DNA of 36,919 bases from Pseudomonadota bacterium. GTDB taxonomy: Bacteria > Pseudomonadota > Alphaproteobacteria > HIMB59 > GCA-002718135. Below are positions 28,028 to 36,919 of this stretch, piece after piece. The notes under the pieces were generated by a model. The model had not been told where the DNA came from and did not search any database. It worked only from the letters and a program-made list of their open reading frames with translations. The DNA is taken from positions 1 through 36,919 of the forward strand of contig JAQBWI010000001.1 in the NCBI GenBank assembly GCA_027625355.1. Reading direction: 5' to 3'. Position numbers and translations under genes: made by a program. The stretch's first letter is position 1, and each line of letters opens with the position of its first letter.

Positions 28028-28813
28028 ATGAGCAATAATAAAATCAACACCTTAATAGATGAGAAGCATATAAAAATTTTATTTTCTATTTTTAAAAATC
28101 AAAATGCAGAGATTCGTTTAGTGGGTGGGAGCATACGAGATTTTTTGATGAATAGAGAAATTGCAGATATTGACTCTGCAACTAATTTAGAACCAAATGA
28201 AGTTCTGCAATTATTAAAAGAGCATAAAATTGAATATGACGATTATGCCATTAGGTATGGCTCCATTATTGCTTATCCAAATAATAAAAAAATTCAAATA
28301 ACTTCTCTAAGAGAAGATATTAACCAACTAGGGAGACATACTTCTGTATTATTTACTAAAGATTGGAAGAAGGATGCAGCAAGACGCGATTTTACATTTA
28401 ATGCACTGTATCTTGGGGAAGATTCTAAACTGTATGATTATTATAATGGTCAGGAAGACCTTCAGGCAAAAGTTATAAAATTTATTGGAGAAATAGAGGA
28501 TAGGATTAAGGAGGATTACTTAAGAATCTACAGATACTTTCGTTTTCTTGGTTTATTTGATCTGCCTTTAATAGATAAAAAAACGCAATCAATTGTTGAA
28601 AAATATATACACGAGTCACTGGCCGTTTTAACGAATGATGTCATACGTCAAGAAATCTTAAAAATGTTTAATATGCCTTTTCCTCTAAATTGTTTTTATC
28701 GATCTCAGGTTAAATTCAAATGGGTAGAAATACTCAAAGAACATTTTATTAAAACAAATTACGAGTTAGGTATAAAAAAATGTCTAAATAAAATAGATAG
28801 TATTATAAATTAG
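28028..28813 (+). CDS. tRNA nucleotidyltransferase/poly(A) polymerase family protein (class II), unusually short
   Basis: Head-domain motifs LVGGSIRDFLM (motif A, GGxxRD), DIDSAT, RRDFTFNALY (motif B) and EDYLRIYRYFRF (motif D). It is only 261 aa and is followed by 116 nt of non-coding DNA. Confidence 0.75.
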   Translation: MSNNKINTLIDEKHIKILFSIFKNQNAEIRLVGGSIRDFLMNREIADIDSATNLEPNEVLQLLKEHKIEYDDYAIRYGSIIAYPNNKKIQITSLREDINQLGRHTSVLFTKDWKKDAARRDFTFNALYLGEDSKLYDYYNGQEDLQAKVIKFIGEIEDRIKEDYLRIYRYFRFLGLFDLPLIDKKTQSIVEKYIHESLAVLTNDVIRQEILKMFNMPFPLNCFYRSQVKFKWVEILKEHFIKTNYELGIKKCLNKIDSIIN

Positions 28814-28929
28814 CTACTTCAGCGTAATTTTTTTCTATTACTTTGTTGATTGTTCTTTTTTTTGTATCACCCCAATGATGCAATGATTTTAAAATTGAAA
28901 TTTATAAATTGATAACCATTTAGAATATT

Positions 28930-29787
28930 ATGAGAAAAATTGTTACTGTTAAAGATTGTATGAAAACTTTTGAAGGGGACGGCATTCCTGTGACAAGAGC
29001 CTTCCCTGTTCCTGAAATGAGAGAAAATGATCCCTTTCTGTTATTTGATCATTTTGGACCAATAAATTATGAGCCAGGAGGAGCAACAGGTGTGCCAGCC
29101 CACCCTCATTGTGGCTTTGAGGCAATCACATATTTATTAGGTGGGGAAGTTGAGCATAAAGATTCATGGGGTGGTCAAGCTGATATTGAGACAGGAGACA
29201 TTCAATGGATGACTACAGGCTCAGGCCTTATACACTCAGAATTAGTTACAGATAAATTTAAAAATAGTGGTGGAGTAATGCAAGGATTACAAATTTGGGT
29301 AAATCTTCCTCAAAAACATAAAAAAGTTAAACCTTGGTATCAACATATAAAAAAAAATGACATCCCTACAATTGATGAAGGTAATGATGTTTTAATTAAA
29401 GTACTTGTTGGAAAGGTTAAAAATACTTCTTCAGATGTACAGACATATTCACCCGTTTCAATATTTGATGTTCAATTTACTAAACCAAGCTTGATAGATT
29501 TGGATATCTCTAAAAATCAAACGGTAATGGTTTACGTAATAGATGGAGAATTGAAATTTCATGATGAAAATCAAATTGCTAGAAAAGGGCAGATGATTTA
29601 TTTTGATCAGTCATCTGATATGATTAATTTAACTTCTATCTCATCAACTGGATCTTACTTAGTTTTAGCAGGGGAACCGTTAAACGAACCTGTTGTTAGG
29701 TACGGACCTTTTGTTACAAATACTGAAGGGGATATGAAGAAAGTAATGTTGGATTATCAGAATGGGAAAATGGGAACCCTAAGCTAA
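28930..29787 (+). CDS. Pirin family protein (bicupin)
   Basis: The metal-binding cupin motif HPHCGFEAITYLLGGEVEHKDS is present. The protein is 285 aa, a typical pirin length. Confidence 0.85.
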   Translation: MRKIVTVKDCMKTFEGDGIPVTRAFPVPEMRENDPFLLFDHFGPINYEPGGATGVPAHPHCGFEAITYLLGGEVEHKDSWGGQADIETGDIQWMTTGSGLIHSELVTDKFKNSGGVMQGLQIWVNLPQKHKKVKPWYQHIKKNDIPTIDEGNDVLIKVLVGKVKNTSSDVQTYSPVSIFDVQFTKPSLIDLDISKNQTVMVYVIDGELKFHDENQIARKGQMIYFDQSSDMINLTSISSTGSYLVLAGEPLNEPVVRYGPFVTNTEGDMKKVMLDYQNGKMGTLS

Positions 29788-30236
29788 ATATTATTTGTTT
29801 GTCGAAGTCCTTCTCCTAAAACTAAAGCAACAGAACTACTTAAATTTATTGATCTTACCCCTTCTTTCATCGGTATAGTAAGTCGGTGATCAACTATTTG
29901 ATGAATATTATCTGGAACCCCAGCACTTTCTCTTCCAAATAAGAGAATGTCTGATGATTTAAATTGAAATTTATAGAAGCTTTGATTAGTTTTGGTGGTC
30001 ATTAGTATTAACCTAAATTTATTTTTTTGTGACCACTCATAAAAATGTTCCCAATCGACATGTCTTTGATATTCAATATGATCGATATAATCCATTGCAC
30101 TTCTTTTGAATTTTTTATCATCAAAAATAAAACCAGTAGGTTCAATAATATCAACTGAAACTCCTAAACAAGCACCTAGTCGAAATATATTGCCTGTATT
30201 TTGAGGTATGTCGGGTTGATATAAGGCAATTCGCAT
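29784..30236 (-). CDS. trmL: tRNA (cytidine/uridine(34)-2'-O)-methyltransferase, SpoU/TrmH family (TrmL)
   Basis: A 150-aa minimal SPOUT protein with MRIALYQPDIPQNTGNIFRLGA, LLFGRESAGVP and IPM...RSINLSSSVA. Confidence 0.85.
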   Translation of the reverse strand: MRIALYQPDIPQNTGNIFRLGACLGVSVDIIEPTGFIFDDKKFKRSAMDYIDHIEYQRHVDWEHFYEWSQKNKFRLILMTTKTNQSFYKFQFKSSDILLFGRESAGVPDNIHQIVDHRLTIPMKEGVRSINLSSSVALVLGEGLRQTNNI

Positions 30237-30257
30237 TAATTCTCATCTATAGTATTT

Positions 30258-30287
30258 TTATGATTGCGTCACGCTGGCACATATAAT
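30258..30287 (+). promoter_or_regulatory. Putative promoter for the petABC operon
   Basis: A perfect TATAAT at 30282-30287 lies 55 nt upstream of the petA ATG. The -35 candidate is weak (TTATGA at 18-nt spacing). The region is divergent from trmL. A chance match is plausible in AT-rich DNA. Confidence 0.3.
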
Positions 30288-30341
30288 TTAGTATTTTTTA
30301 TCGAATTTAAACTATATTACGCTATAACAGAAAACCACATT

Positions 30342-30869
30342 ATGTCTGAAAAACCCGATAGTAAAAGAAGAGACTTTTTGCAGCTAAGCACTATTTCAAT
30401 TGGTGCCGTAGGAACAGCAGCTTTTATATGGCCTTTCCTTAAAAGTATGAACCCTGCAGAGGATACTCTTGCTTTAGGAACAACTGAGGTTGATATAAGT
30501 CTTATAGAAGAAGGACAAAGCATAACTGTGAAGTGGAGAGGTAAGCCAGTATTTATACGTAAAAGAACAAAAGACGAAATTGATGAAGCAAAAAAAGTAA
30601 ACATCGCAGACTTAAAAGATCCTGAAGAAGACATAAACCGTGTTAAAAAAGATGAATGGTTAGTTTTGGTTGGTGTTTGTACGCATCTTGGATGTGTTCC
30701 CCTTGGTCAAAAGTTAACCGACAGCAAAGGCGCATATAATGGTTGGTATTGTCCATGCCACGGATCACACTACGATACTTCTGGTAGAATACGAAAAGGT
30801 CCTGCACCTGAAAACTTGGCAGTGCCCCCATATTCTTTTTTAAACGACACAACTATTAAGATTGGTTAA
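30342..30869 (+). CDS. petA: Ubiquinol-cytochrome c reductase Rieske iron-sulfur subunit
   Basis: Tat-type start [14 protein letters not shown] and Rieske boxes CTHLGC and [10 protein letters not shown] chose the ATG at 30342. The track start at 30264 is a TTG with an implausible leader. Confidence 0.92.
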   Translation: MSEKPDSKRRDFLQLSTISIGAVGTAAFIWPFLKSMNPAEDTLALGTTEVDISLIEEGQSITVKWRGKPVFIRKRTKDEIDEAKKVNIADLKDPEEDINRVKKDEWLVLVGVCTHLGCVPLGQKLTDSKGAYNGWYCPCHGSHYDTSGRIRKGPAPENLAVPPYSFLNDTTIKIG

Positions 30870-30871
30870 TT

Positions 30872-32137
30872 ATGAGTGGAAATTCAGAACCTAGAAAATA
30901 TAAAAATCCTGTTTTAAACTGGATTGAATTTAGACTTCCTATAATATCATATTTTCAAAAAGAATATGGTGAGTATCCAATGCCTAAGAACTGTAATTAT
31001 TTTTGGAGTTTTGGCGCTTTAGCAACAATCACATTAATTACAATGATAGTGAGTGGGATCTTTCTTGCTATGAATTATACCCCGCATACTGAAATGGCCT
31101 TTGATAGTGTTGAAAGAATAATGAGAGATGTCAACTATGGGTGGCTTTTAAGATACATTCATTCTAATGGAGCGTCATTTTTCTTTATCATCGTCTTTAT
31201 TCATATTGTAAGAGCAATGTATTATGGTTCTTATAAATATCCAAGAGAACTGAATTGGATACTAGGTGTTTTTATATTTTTGTTAATGATGGCAACATCA
31301 TTTCTTGGATACACTCTTCCATGGGGTCAGATGTCTTATTGGGGAGCTACTGTTATTACAAACTTATTTAGTGCTATTCCGATTGTAGGTGAAGGTTTAA
31401 AGACTTGGTTACTTGGAGATTACACAGTTGGAAACGCAACATTAAATAGATTTTTTGCTCTTCACTATGTTCTTCCATTTGTTATATTCGGCGTTGTTGG
31501 TTTGCATGTTGCAGCTGTGCATGTTCACGGATCGAATAATCCTGCTGGAATAGATATCAGATCCAAAAACGATACCGTAAACTTTTTTCCTTACATGTTA
31601 ATTAAAGATACCATAGCAGTATGTGTTTTTGGTGTACTTATTTCTGCAGTTATATTTTTTGGGCCTAACTTAATGGCAGAGGTTGATAATTACATCCCTG
31701 CTGATCCACTAGTTACACCTGCCCATATTGTTCCTAACTGGTACTTAGCGCCATTTTACGCAATTTTACGAGCTGTACCTGATAAGTTAGGTGGTGTGTT
31801 GTTAATGTTTGGAGCGATTGCAATTCTTTTCGTTCTTCCATGGTTGGATACATCAAAGGTGAGAAGTTGTAATTTTAGACCAATGTATAAGTGGTTTATG
31901 ATGTTATTTTTTGTAAACTTTTTTGTTCTTGGTTACGTTGGTATGTTACCTGCTGAGGGTTTATATCTTCTAATTGCAAGAATTGGTCTAGTTTATTATT
32001 TTGGTTTCTTCTTAATTATCACTCCATTTATAGGATGGATTGAAAAACCAAAAACACTTCCTTTAAGTATTAGTGATGTATATCTCGGTGGTGGTAAGGA
32101 ATCACCTTCACCAGTAAGTCAAAAAGAAATTCATTAA
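30872..32137 (+). CDS. petB: Cytochrome b of the bc1 complex
   Basis: A 421-aa polytopic protein with RYIHSNGASFFF, WGATVITN and PEWY-region equivalents. It lies between the Rieske and c1 genes. Confidence 0.95.
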   Translation: MSGNSEPRKYKNPVLNWIEFRLPIISYFQKEYGEYPMPKNCNYFWSFGALATITLITMIVSGIFLAMNYTPHTEMAFDSVERIMRDVNYGWLLRYIHSNGASFFFIIVFIHIVRAMYYGSYKYPRELNWILGVFIFLLMMATSFLGYTLPWGQMSYWGATVITNLFSAIPIVGEGLKTWLLGDYTVGNATLNRFFALHYVLPFVIFGVVGLHVAAVHVHGSNNPAGIDIRSKNDTVNFFPYMLIKDTIAVCVFGVLISAVIFFGPNLMAEVDNYIPADPLVTPAHIVPNWYLAPFYAILRAVPDKLGGVLLMFGAIAILFVLPWLDTSKVRSCNFRPMYKWFMMLFFVNFFVLGYVGMLPAEGLYLLIARIGLVYYFGFFLIITPFIGWIEKPKTLPLSISDVYLGGGKESPSPVSQKEIH

Positions 32138-32893
32138 ATGTTAAAAAAAATACTTATTTTATTAATATTAACAATTCCTCTAAATCTTCAAGCAGCTGAG
32201 TCTAATAAAGGCCCAATGCCAAAACATAAGTGGTCATTTAACGGTATAACAGGTACTTTTGATAGAGCAGCGTTACAAAGAGGTTTCAAAGTATATAGAG
32301 AAGTTTGTGCAGGTTGCCATTCAATGAAGTTATTATACTATAGAGATTTAATAGATATTGGATTTTCTGAAGCACAAGTAAAGGCAATAGCCGCAGAATA
32401 TGATGTTTTAGATGGACCTAATGATGAGGGCGAAATGTTTGAGAGATCTGCTCGGCCTGCGGATAGATTTGTTAATCCATATCTGAATGATAATGAGGCT
32501 AGAGCAAATAATAATGGAGCTTATCCTCCAGATTTGAGTGTCATCACTAAAGCTAGAAGATATGGAGAAGATTATATTTATAATCTATTAATGGGTTATG
32601 AAGAACCTCCAGAAGGATTAGAGGTGGGTAATGGTATGTATTATAACAAGTGGATGGATGGAAATCAGATCGCTATGCCTGCACCTATATTAGATGGAAG
32701 CGTTGATTATGATGATGGTACTGATACAACTGCTCAGCAACTTTCAGAGGATGTTGTAACTTTCTTGAAATGGGCCGCTGAACCTGAATTAGAAGTTAGA
32801 AAAAATTTGGGAATTAAAGTTATTTTATTTTTCCTGATACTTGGAACTGTTGTTTATTTAGCAAAAAACAGACTTTGGAGAGACGTTCACTAA
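32138..32893 (+). CDS. petC: Cytochrome c1
   Basis: Signal peptide, heme motif CAGCHS, PPDLS, and a C-terminal TM anchor (VILFFLILGTVVYL). It is 251 aa. Confidence 0.92.
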   Translation: MLKKILILLILTIPLNLQAAESNKGPMPKHKWSFNGITGTFDRAALQRGFKVYREVCAGCHSMKLLYYRDLIDIGFSEAQVKAIAAEYDVLDGPNDEGEMFERSARPADRFVNPYLNDNEARANNNGAYPPDLSVITKARRYGEDYIYNLLMGYEEPPEGLEVGNGMYYNKWMDGNQIAMPAPILDGSVDYDDGTDTTAQQLSEDVVTFLKWAAEPELEVRKNLGIKVILFFLILGTVVYLAKNRLWRDVH

Positions 32894-33990
32894 ACATTAA
32901 AAAGAAAGTGCATTATGTCACCATTTTTAACAACATAATCTTTTCCTTCTTGCCTTAACTTTCCTGCATCTCTACTTCCGGATTCCCCATTAAACTCTAC
33001 AAAATCTCGATAGGCAATTGTTTCAGCTCTGATAAAACCTTTCTCAAAATCAGTATGTATTTTTCCTGCTGCCTGAGGCGCTAAAGTGTTTTTATCGATT
33101 GTCCATGAGCGTGTTTCCTTTGGCCCACAAGTAAAGTAATTGATTAAATTAAGTAGATCGTAACCACTTTTAATAACTTTAGAAAGTGTTGTATCGCTTA
33201 GACCCATTTCCTTAATCATTTCTAATTTTTCATCATTATTTTCTAATTCTGCTATTTGTGATTCAATTGATGCTGATACGATAACTGTATTGTGATTTTT
33301 TTCATTTGCATAATCAATTACTTTTTTTGACATTTCATTACCATTTTGAACTGAACCTTCATCAACATTACAAATATACAGCATTGGTTTAATAGTAATG
33401 ATATTTAATGTTTTTATAAATTCTATATCTTCTCGAGTGAATTCACTGTTTTGTAAGATAGACAAATCGTTTAAGTTTTCTGAAATTTTTTCAATTATAT
33501 TTATTTGATGTAGTATTTCCTTATCTCCTTGTTTAGATTTTTTTTCTAATGAAGTTTTCTTAGTTTCTAATGTCTCAATATCTGCAAGCTGTAATTCAGT
33601 ATTAATTGTTTCAATGTCGTTAAGAGGGTCGATATTTTCTGATACATGGGTAATATTTTCATCTTTAAAACATCTTACTACATGAGCAATTGCATCAACT
33701 TCACGTATGTGTCCTAAAAATTTATTCCCTAAACCCTCTCCTTGAGAAGCTCCTTTTACTAATCCTGCAATATCTACAAAATCCATATAGGAAGGAATAA
33801 TTTTTTCACTCTTTCCAATTTTACCTAAAACTTCTAATCTTTCATCAGGAACAGCGACTCTTCCAACGTTAGGTTCGATTGTAGCAAAGGGATAATTTGC
33901 AGCCTCTGCTTTATTAGACTCGGTTAAAGCATTAAATAATGTAGATTTTCCAACATTTGGCAAACCAATAATTCCACATTTAAATCCCAT
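32890..33990 (-). CDS. ychF: Redox-regulated ATPase YchF
   Basis: GIIGLPNVGKSTLFNALT, a coiled-coil insert, and a C-terminal TGS-like domain (AGKIHTDFEKGFIRAE). It is 366 aa. Confidence 0.95.
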   Translation of the reverse strand: MGFKCGIIGLPNVGKSTLFNALTESNKAEAANYPFATIEPNVGRVAVPDERLEVLGKIGKSEKIIPSYMDFVDIAGLVKGASQGEGLGNKFLGHIREVDAIAHVVRCFKDENITHVSENIDPLNDIETINTELQLADIETLETKKTSLEKKSKQGDKEILHQINIIEKISENLNDLSILQNSEFTREDIEFIKTLNIITIKPMLYICNVDEGSVQNGNEMSKKVIDYANEKNHNTVIVSASIESQIAELENNDEKLEMIKEMGLSDTTLSKVIKSGYDLLNLINYFTCGPKETRSWTIDKNTLAPQAAGKIHTDFEKGFIRAETIAYRDFVEFNGESGSRDAGKLRQEGKDYVVKNGDIMHFLFNV

Positions 33991-34550
33991 TAATTATCCT
34001 CTGCTAATTTTGTTAAAAAAAGAACCTGGTCATCTAATAATATGTTAAAATTATCTGTAACTTTATTAAGTTTCTTGTCTATTAAGGTCATTTCATCATT
34101 GGTAAATTTATTTAAAACATAATTCGATACCAAATCTTTTGAACCTGGATGACTAATACCAATACGAATTCTGTTATAATTATTACTTATCATTTCATCA
34201 ATATTAGAAAGTCCATTATGACCTCCATTTCCTCCTCCAAACTTTAATTTTACTTTTCCCAATTCTAAATCTAGATCATCATGAATTACATATATATTTT
34301 TTTTATTAATTTTATAAAAGTTTACTATTTCTTGAATTGGCTGACCTGATAAATTCATGAAATTTAATGGTTTTATTAATAAGCATGATTGATGATTAAT
34401 TTCACCTTTTAGCACTTCTTTTTTACTATCTTTTTTAAAAGGTAAAAAATTATAAAAATTTGCTAATTTATCAATAAGATTAAATCCAATGTTATGTCTA
34501 GTGTTGATGTATTCCTTGCCTGGATTACCAAGGCCACATATTAAAAACAT
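33990..34550 (-). CDS. pth: Peptidyl-tRNA hydrolase
   Basis: GLGNPGKEYINTRHNIGF and GGHNGL motifs. It is 186 aa. Confidence 0.93.
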   Translation of the reverse strand: MFLICGLGNPGKEYINTRHNIGFNLIDKLANFYNFLPFKKDSKKEVLKGEINHQSCLLIKPLNFMNLSGQPIQEIVNFYKINKKNIYVIHDDLDLELGKVKLKFGGGNGGHNGLSNIDEMISNNYNRIRIGISHPGSKDLVSNYVLNKFTNDEMTLIDKKLNKVTDNFNILLDDQVLFLTKLAEDN

Positions 34551-34569
34551 GTTCTAATTATAGATTAAG

Positions 34570-35229
34570 TTACTTTGATTCTTCTTTAGATTCTTCTTTT
34601 GCTTCTTCTTTTTTATCTTCAGACTTATCATCTTGAGAGGCTTCTTCAGCTTCAGTTGGTTTTGTTTCTACTTCCACGGTAGGTGGAACAACAGTTGCAA
34701 CAACAAAATCTCTATCAGTTATTGTTGGCGTGACACCTTCTGGGAGCTCAATGTTACTAATCTTAATAGAATCACCAATTTCACTTTTAATAAGATCAAA
34801 TTGTAATTTATCCGGTATGTTATTAGCATTACAACTAAGTTCAACTTCACGTCTTACTAAGTTAAGAACTCCCCCTTTTTTTAATCCAGGACAAGTATCT
34901 TGGTTTAAAAACTCTACAGGTACTTCAACGGTTACCTTGGTGTCATTTTGTACTCTTAAAAAATCAAAATGAATTAATTTATCTGTTACAGGATGATATT
35001 GTAATTGTTTAGGTAAAACTTTTTCATTTTTACCTTCAATATCTAAATCTAAAATTGTTGAATAAAAAGCACCAGTATGCATTAGTTTTAGAAGAACTTT
35101 GTTCTCAAAAGCTATTTTTGTTGGTTCTGTTCCTTCACCGTAAATTATACCAGGAACCATTCCTTTATTAAGTAAAGAATATGTAGAGCCCGTATTTTTA
35201 GATCTCTCGATTGCTTTGTATTTTTCCAT
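34570..35229 (-). CDS. rplY: 50S ribosomal protein L25/general stress protein Ctc, long form
   Basis: It has the L25 beta-barrel (GMVPGIIYG, LQYHPV) plus the Ctc C-terminal domain and an acidic/Lys-rich tail. I chose the ATG at 35229 (MEKYKAIERSK...). The track start at 35268 is a GTG overlapping prs. Confidence 0.88.
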   Translation of the reverse strand: MEKYKAIERSKNTGSTYSLLNKGMVPGIIYGEGTEPTKIAFENKVLLKLMHTGAFYSTILDLDIEGKNEKVLPKQLQYHPVTDKLIHFDFLRVQNDTKVTVEVPVEFLNQDTCPGLKKGGVLNLVRREVELSCNANNIPDKLQFDLIKSEIGDSIKISNIELPEGVTPTITDRDFVVATVVPPTVEVETKPTEAEEASQDDKSEDKKEEAKEESKEESK

Positions 35230-35236
35230 AGTTTTT

Positions 35237-36172
35237 TTAATCAAAAAGGGCCGAAACAGATGAATCACTGTTAATCCTTTTTATGGCCTCACCCATTAAA
35301 GGAGCAATGCTAATATGTCTAATATTTTTTGTATTTTTTACGTTATTTGAAGCCTGAATGCTGTCTGTTAGAACTAATTCTTTGATAGCAGAGTTTTCAA
35401 TTCTATTTAGTGCATCTCCTGACAATACTCCATGAGCTATATAGGAATAGATTTCCCTAGCTCCATTTTCTTTTAAGGCTTTGGCAGCATTACACAATGT
35501 GCCTGCAGAATCAGCAATATCATCAAGCAAAATACAGGTTTTATCTTTTACTTCACCTATTATATTCATTACTTCAGACTCACCTGCTTTTTCTCTTCTC
35601 TTATCAGCAATAGCTAAACCTGCATTTAATCGTTTTGCAAAAGCTCTTGCTCTTACCACACCACCTACATCAGGAGAAGTAATCACTAAATCAGTGTTTG
35701 TAGAGAATTTATTTTTCATATCTTTTATTATTGGCGGAGCCGAAAATAAATTATCCAAAGGAATATCAAAAAAACCTTGTATTTGTCCTGCATGCAAATC
35801 CATTGTTAAAACTCTATCAGCTCCTGCAGAGGTAATAAGATTAGCCACAAGCTTTGCAGTAATAGGTGTGCGGGGGCCTGTTTTTCTATCCTGACGAGCA
35901 TATCCATAATATGGTATAACTGCAGTTATTCTTTTTGCCGATCCTCTTTTAGCAGCGTCAATAGTGATTAGTAGTTCCATAAGATGGTCATTAGCTGGGT
36001 GTGAAGTTGATTGGATGACAAATACATCTTCTCCTCTAATATTCTCGTTAATTTCAACAAAAATTTCTCTATCTGCAAATTTTCTTAATGAGGTATTGGC
36101 TAATTTTACACCAATGTATGAACAAATAGATTCTGCTAATACTTTATTACTATTACAGGCAATAATTTTCAT
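35237..36172 (-). CDS. prs: Ribose-phosphate pyrophosphokinase
   Basis: [11 protein letters not shown], the [14 protein letters not shown] region, and the PRPP loop [12 protein letters not shown]. It is 311 aa. Confidence 0.95.
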   Translation of the reverse strand: MKIIACNSNKVLAESICSYIGVKLANTSLRKFADREIFVEINENIRGEDVFVIQSTSHPANDHLMELLITIDAAKRGSAKRITAVIPYYGYARQDRKTGPRTPITAKLVANLITSAGADRVLTMDLHAGQIQGFFDIPLDNLFSAPPIIKDMKNKFSTNTDLVITSPDVGGVVRARAFAKRLNAGLAIADKRREKAGESEVMNIIGEVKDKTCILLDDIADSAGTLCNAAKALKENGAREIYSYIAHGVLSGDALNRIENSAIKELVLTDSIQASNNVKNTKNIRHISIAPLMGEAIKRINSDSSVSALFD

Positions 36173-36215
36173 TTAATTAATAGATCAATATATAAGTCTA
36201 TTGATAGATCAACCA

Positions 36216-36919
36216 TTAAGTCAAAGATATCAAATTTATTAATCTTCCTGTTGTTTTTTGTCCTTTGTGTGTAGCACGTCTGTGACTAAAAAAAAGATTA
36301 TCGTTAGAATAAGTATCTCGATTAATGTTATGTATTTTTTTCAAACCCAGTTCTGATAGTTGATAATTAATTAACGCCCTAAGATTAAAGTAAGATTTTA
36401 TCGCATTTTTGTTTCTGAAGAATTTTGCATATTTTAAATTTTTTTTAATAAACTTCTGTTGAAAATTTTTATCAACTTCGTAATTTTTTGCACCAAGACA
36501 AGGTCCAACTATTGCAATCAAATTTTTTCGTTTGATATTGTATTCATCAAATAATTTTATAGCATTTTTAGATATATTGTTTAGAGAACCTTTCCAACCA
36601 GAGTGTAAATTACATACAAATTTATTTTTATCATCATATATAATAATTGGGGCACAATCTGCTGTCAGAATTCCTAAAACAACATTATTTAACGAGGTAA
36701 TAATACCATCTGCTTCAATTTTTTTATCTAAATTAGCTTCATTGATTCTAATAACTTTTGAAGAGTGAGTTTGTTTTATTAAAATAAGTTTTTTTTTATT
36801 TAAATTTAAATTTTTAATTGCAATTAACCTGTTACCATTTACGTTTTTTTTATTATCCTCATTAGAGGAGCTACAGTTTAAAGAACTAAATTGTTTTTTT
36901 GATAAACCATCTAAACGTG
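36216..36919 (-). CDS. pgeF: Peptidoglycan editing factor PgeF / YfiH (DUF152, laccase-domain) protein; the 5' end lies beyond the window
   Basis: The track lists only 36216..36521, which begins at a TTG. My translation shows the same frame open all the way to nt 36919. It reads ...QTHSSKVIRI...LGILTADCAPIIIYD...CNLHSGWKGSLNN...LIAIVGPCLGAKNYEV...FFSHRR, carrying the family motifs TADC.P, H(A/S)GW(K/R)G and the C-terminal SHRR. Confidence 0.85.
   Translation of the reverse strand, partial: RLDGLSKKQFSSLNCSSSNEDNKKNVNGNRLIAIKNLNLNKKKLILIKQTHSSKVIRINEANLDKKIEADGIITSLNNVVLGILTADCAPIIIYDDKNKFVCNLHSGWKGSLNNISKNAIKLFDEYNIKRKNLIAIVGPCLGAKNYEVDKNFQQKFIKKNLKYAKFFRNKNAIKSYFNLRALINYQLSELGLKKIHNINRDTYSNDNLFFSHRRATHKGQKTTGRLINLISLT

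Noticed and set aside
30266-30274. A GC-rich 9-bp palindrome, GCGTCACGC, stands out in the AT-rich trmL/petA divergent spacer; a possible regulator site for the bc1 operon.
   Set aside because: It has only 4-bp arms, matches no regulator consensus I recognise (it is not FNR/Crp-like TTGAT-N4-ATCAA), and occurs once. It is insufficient evidence on its own.
30264-30341. A TTG-initiated 26-aa extension of the Rieske protein ([26 protein letters not shown]).
   Set aside because: The ATG at 30342 gives the canonical Tat-type start [14 protein letters not shown]. The extension would cover the likely promoter, including a TATAAT at 30282.
34570-34660. A repetitive TTCTTC-rich tract at the 3' end of rplY encodes an acidic/Lys-rich tail (...EEASQDDKSEDKKEEAKEESKEESK).
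   Set aside because: Charged low-complexity C-terminal tails are common on long-form L25/Ctc proteins. It is not an independent element.
35230-35268. A GTG-initiated 13-aa extension of rplY overlapping the 3' end of prs.
   Set aside because: The ATG at 35229 (MEKYKAIERSK) fits L25/Ctc N-termini and leaves a clean 7-nt gap after prs.
35481-35894. A 137-aa plus-strand ORF lies inside prs, along with the other opposite-strand or out-of-frame track ORFs nested inside annotated genes. These are 931..1182, 2356..2562, 4065..4280, 9677..9949, 12795..13127, 13843..14115, 14787..14990, 15242..15514, 15811..16089, 16485..16712, 18387..18617, 20589..20804, 23014..23199, 26758..26940, 30317..30634, 30643..30852, 34730..34972 and 35964..36176.
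   Set aside because: All lie entirely within strongly supported genes. They have low-complexity or hydrophobic shadow-ORF composition, and none shows a recognisable motif or ribosome-binding context.
36181-36212. A direct repeat TAGATCAA (36181 and 36205) and a hairpin ATCAATA-N8-TATTGAT lie between prs and pgeF; a possible terminator or operator.
   Set aside because: The stem is 7 bp with a single G:C pair and has no U-tract, which is too weak for an intrinsic terminator. Short AT-rich repeats are common here.
36522-36919. The pgeF/yfiH gene looked truncated or pseudogenised, because the track reports only a 101-aa C-terminal ORF plus an opposite-strand ORF at 36532..36768.
   Set aside because: Codon-by-codon translation of the minus strand shows the same frame open from 36521 to the window end, with the family motifs TADCAPI and HSGWKG. 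The track simply lacked an upstream start because the gene begins outside the window. The plus-strand ORF is a shadow ORF.
1-36919. I scanned by eye for CRISPR-like spaced repeats, tRNA T-arm signatures (GGTTCGAATCC-like), transposase, integrase or phage genes, toxin-antitoxin pairs and known defence-gene motifs.
   Set aside because: None was found. The only structured RNA signature I could support is the SRP RNA at 9311..9395. An eye scan cannot exclude small or degenerate elements. tRNAscan, Infernal and a repeat finder would be decisive.

Overview
This window reads as a very AT-rich, tightly packed alphaproteobacterial chromosome segment of the SAR11/Pelagibacterales type. The lineage call is inferred from composition, gene order and protein sequences; no search was run. 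I call 43 protein-coding genes, 2 of them cut by the window edges, plus one SRP (4.5S) RNA. Almost all are core housekeeping genes. They include the yejABEF-type peptide ABC importer, cycM, kdsB, pheA, ffs-dnaX-ybaB-recR-def-fmt-truA, dapE-dapD, argB, engB, yidC-yidD-rnpA-rpmH, panC, trmL, the petABC cytochrome bc1 operon, and ychF-pth-rplY-prs-pgeF. Intergenic spacers are mostly 0-40 nt. Many neighbours share ATGA start/stop overlaps, and four convergent gene pairs share overlapping stop codons. Three elements are absent from the ORF track: rpmH (26346..26480), the SRP RNA (9311..9395) and a 53-codon ORF (17255..17416). I found no tRNA or rRNA genes, CRISPR arrays, transposases, integrases, phage genes or recognisable defence genes. 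I do not see a convincing new multi-gene system. The points most worth a second look are these. (1) An A11 run in dnaX at the domain III/IV boundary has stops in both alternative frames, making it a candidate gamma-subunit slippage site. (2) A tandem, overlapping pair of paralogous mini-ORFs (DUF3563-like) sits in the only accessory-looking gap. (3) The SRP RNA ends 9 nt before the dnaX ATG. (4) An unusually short (261 aa) CCA-adding/poly(A) polymerase family protein consists of head and neck only. (5) A GT4 glycosyltransferase and a GhrA-like reductase are wedged between core genes. All functional calls rest on motifs I recognise in the supplied translations and are not database hits.
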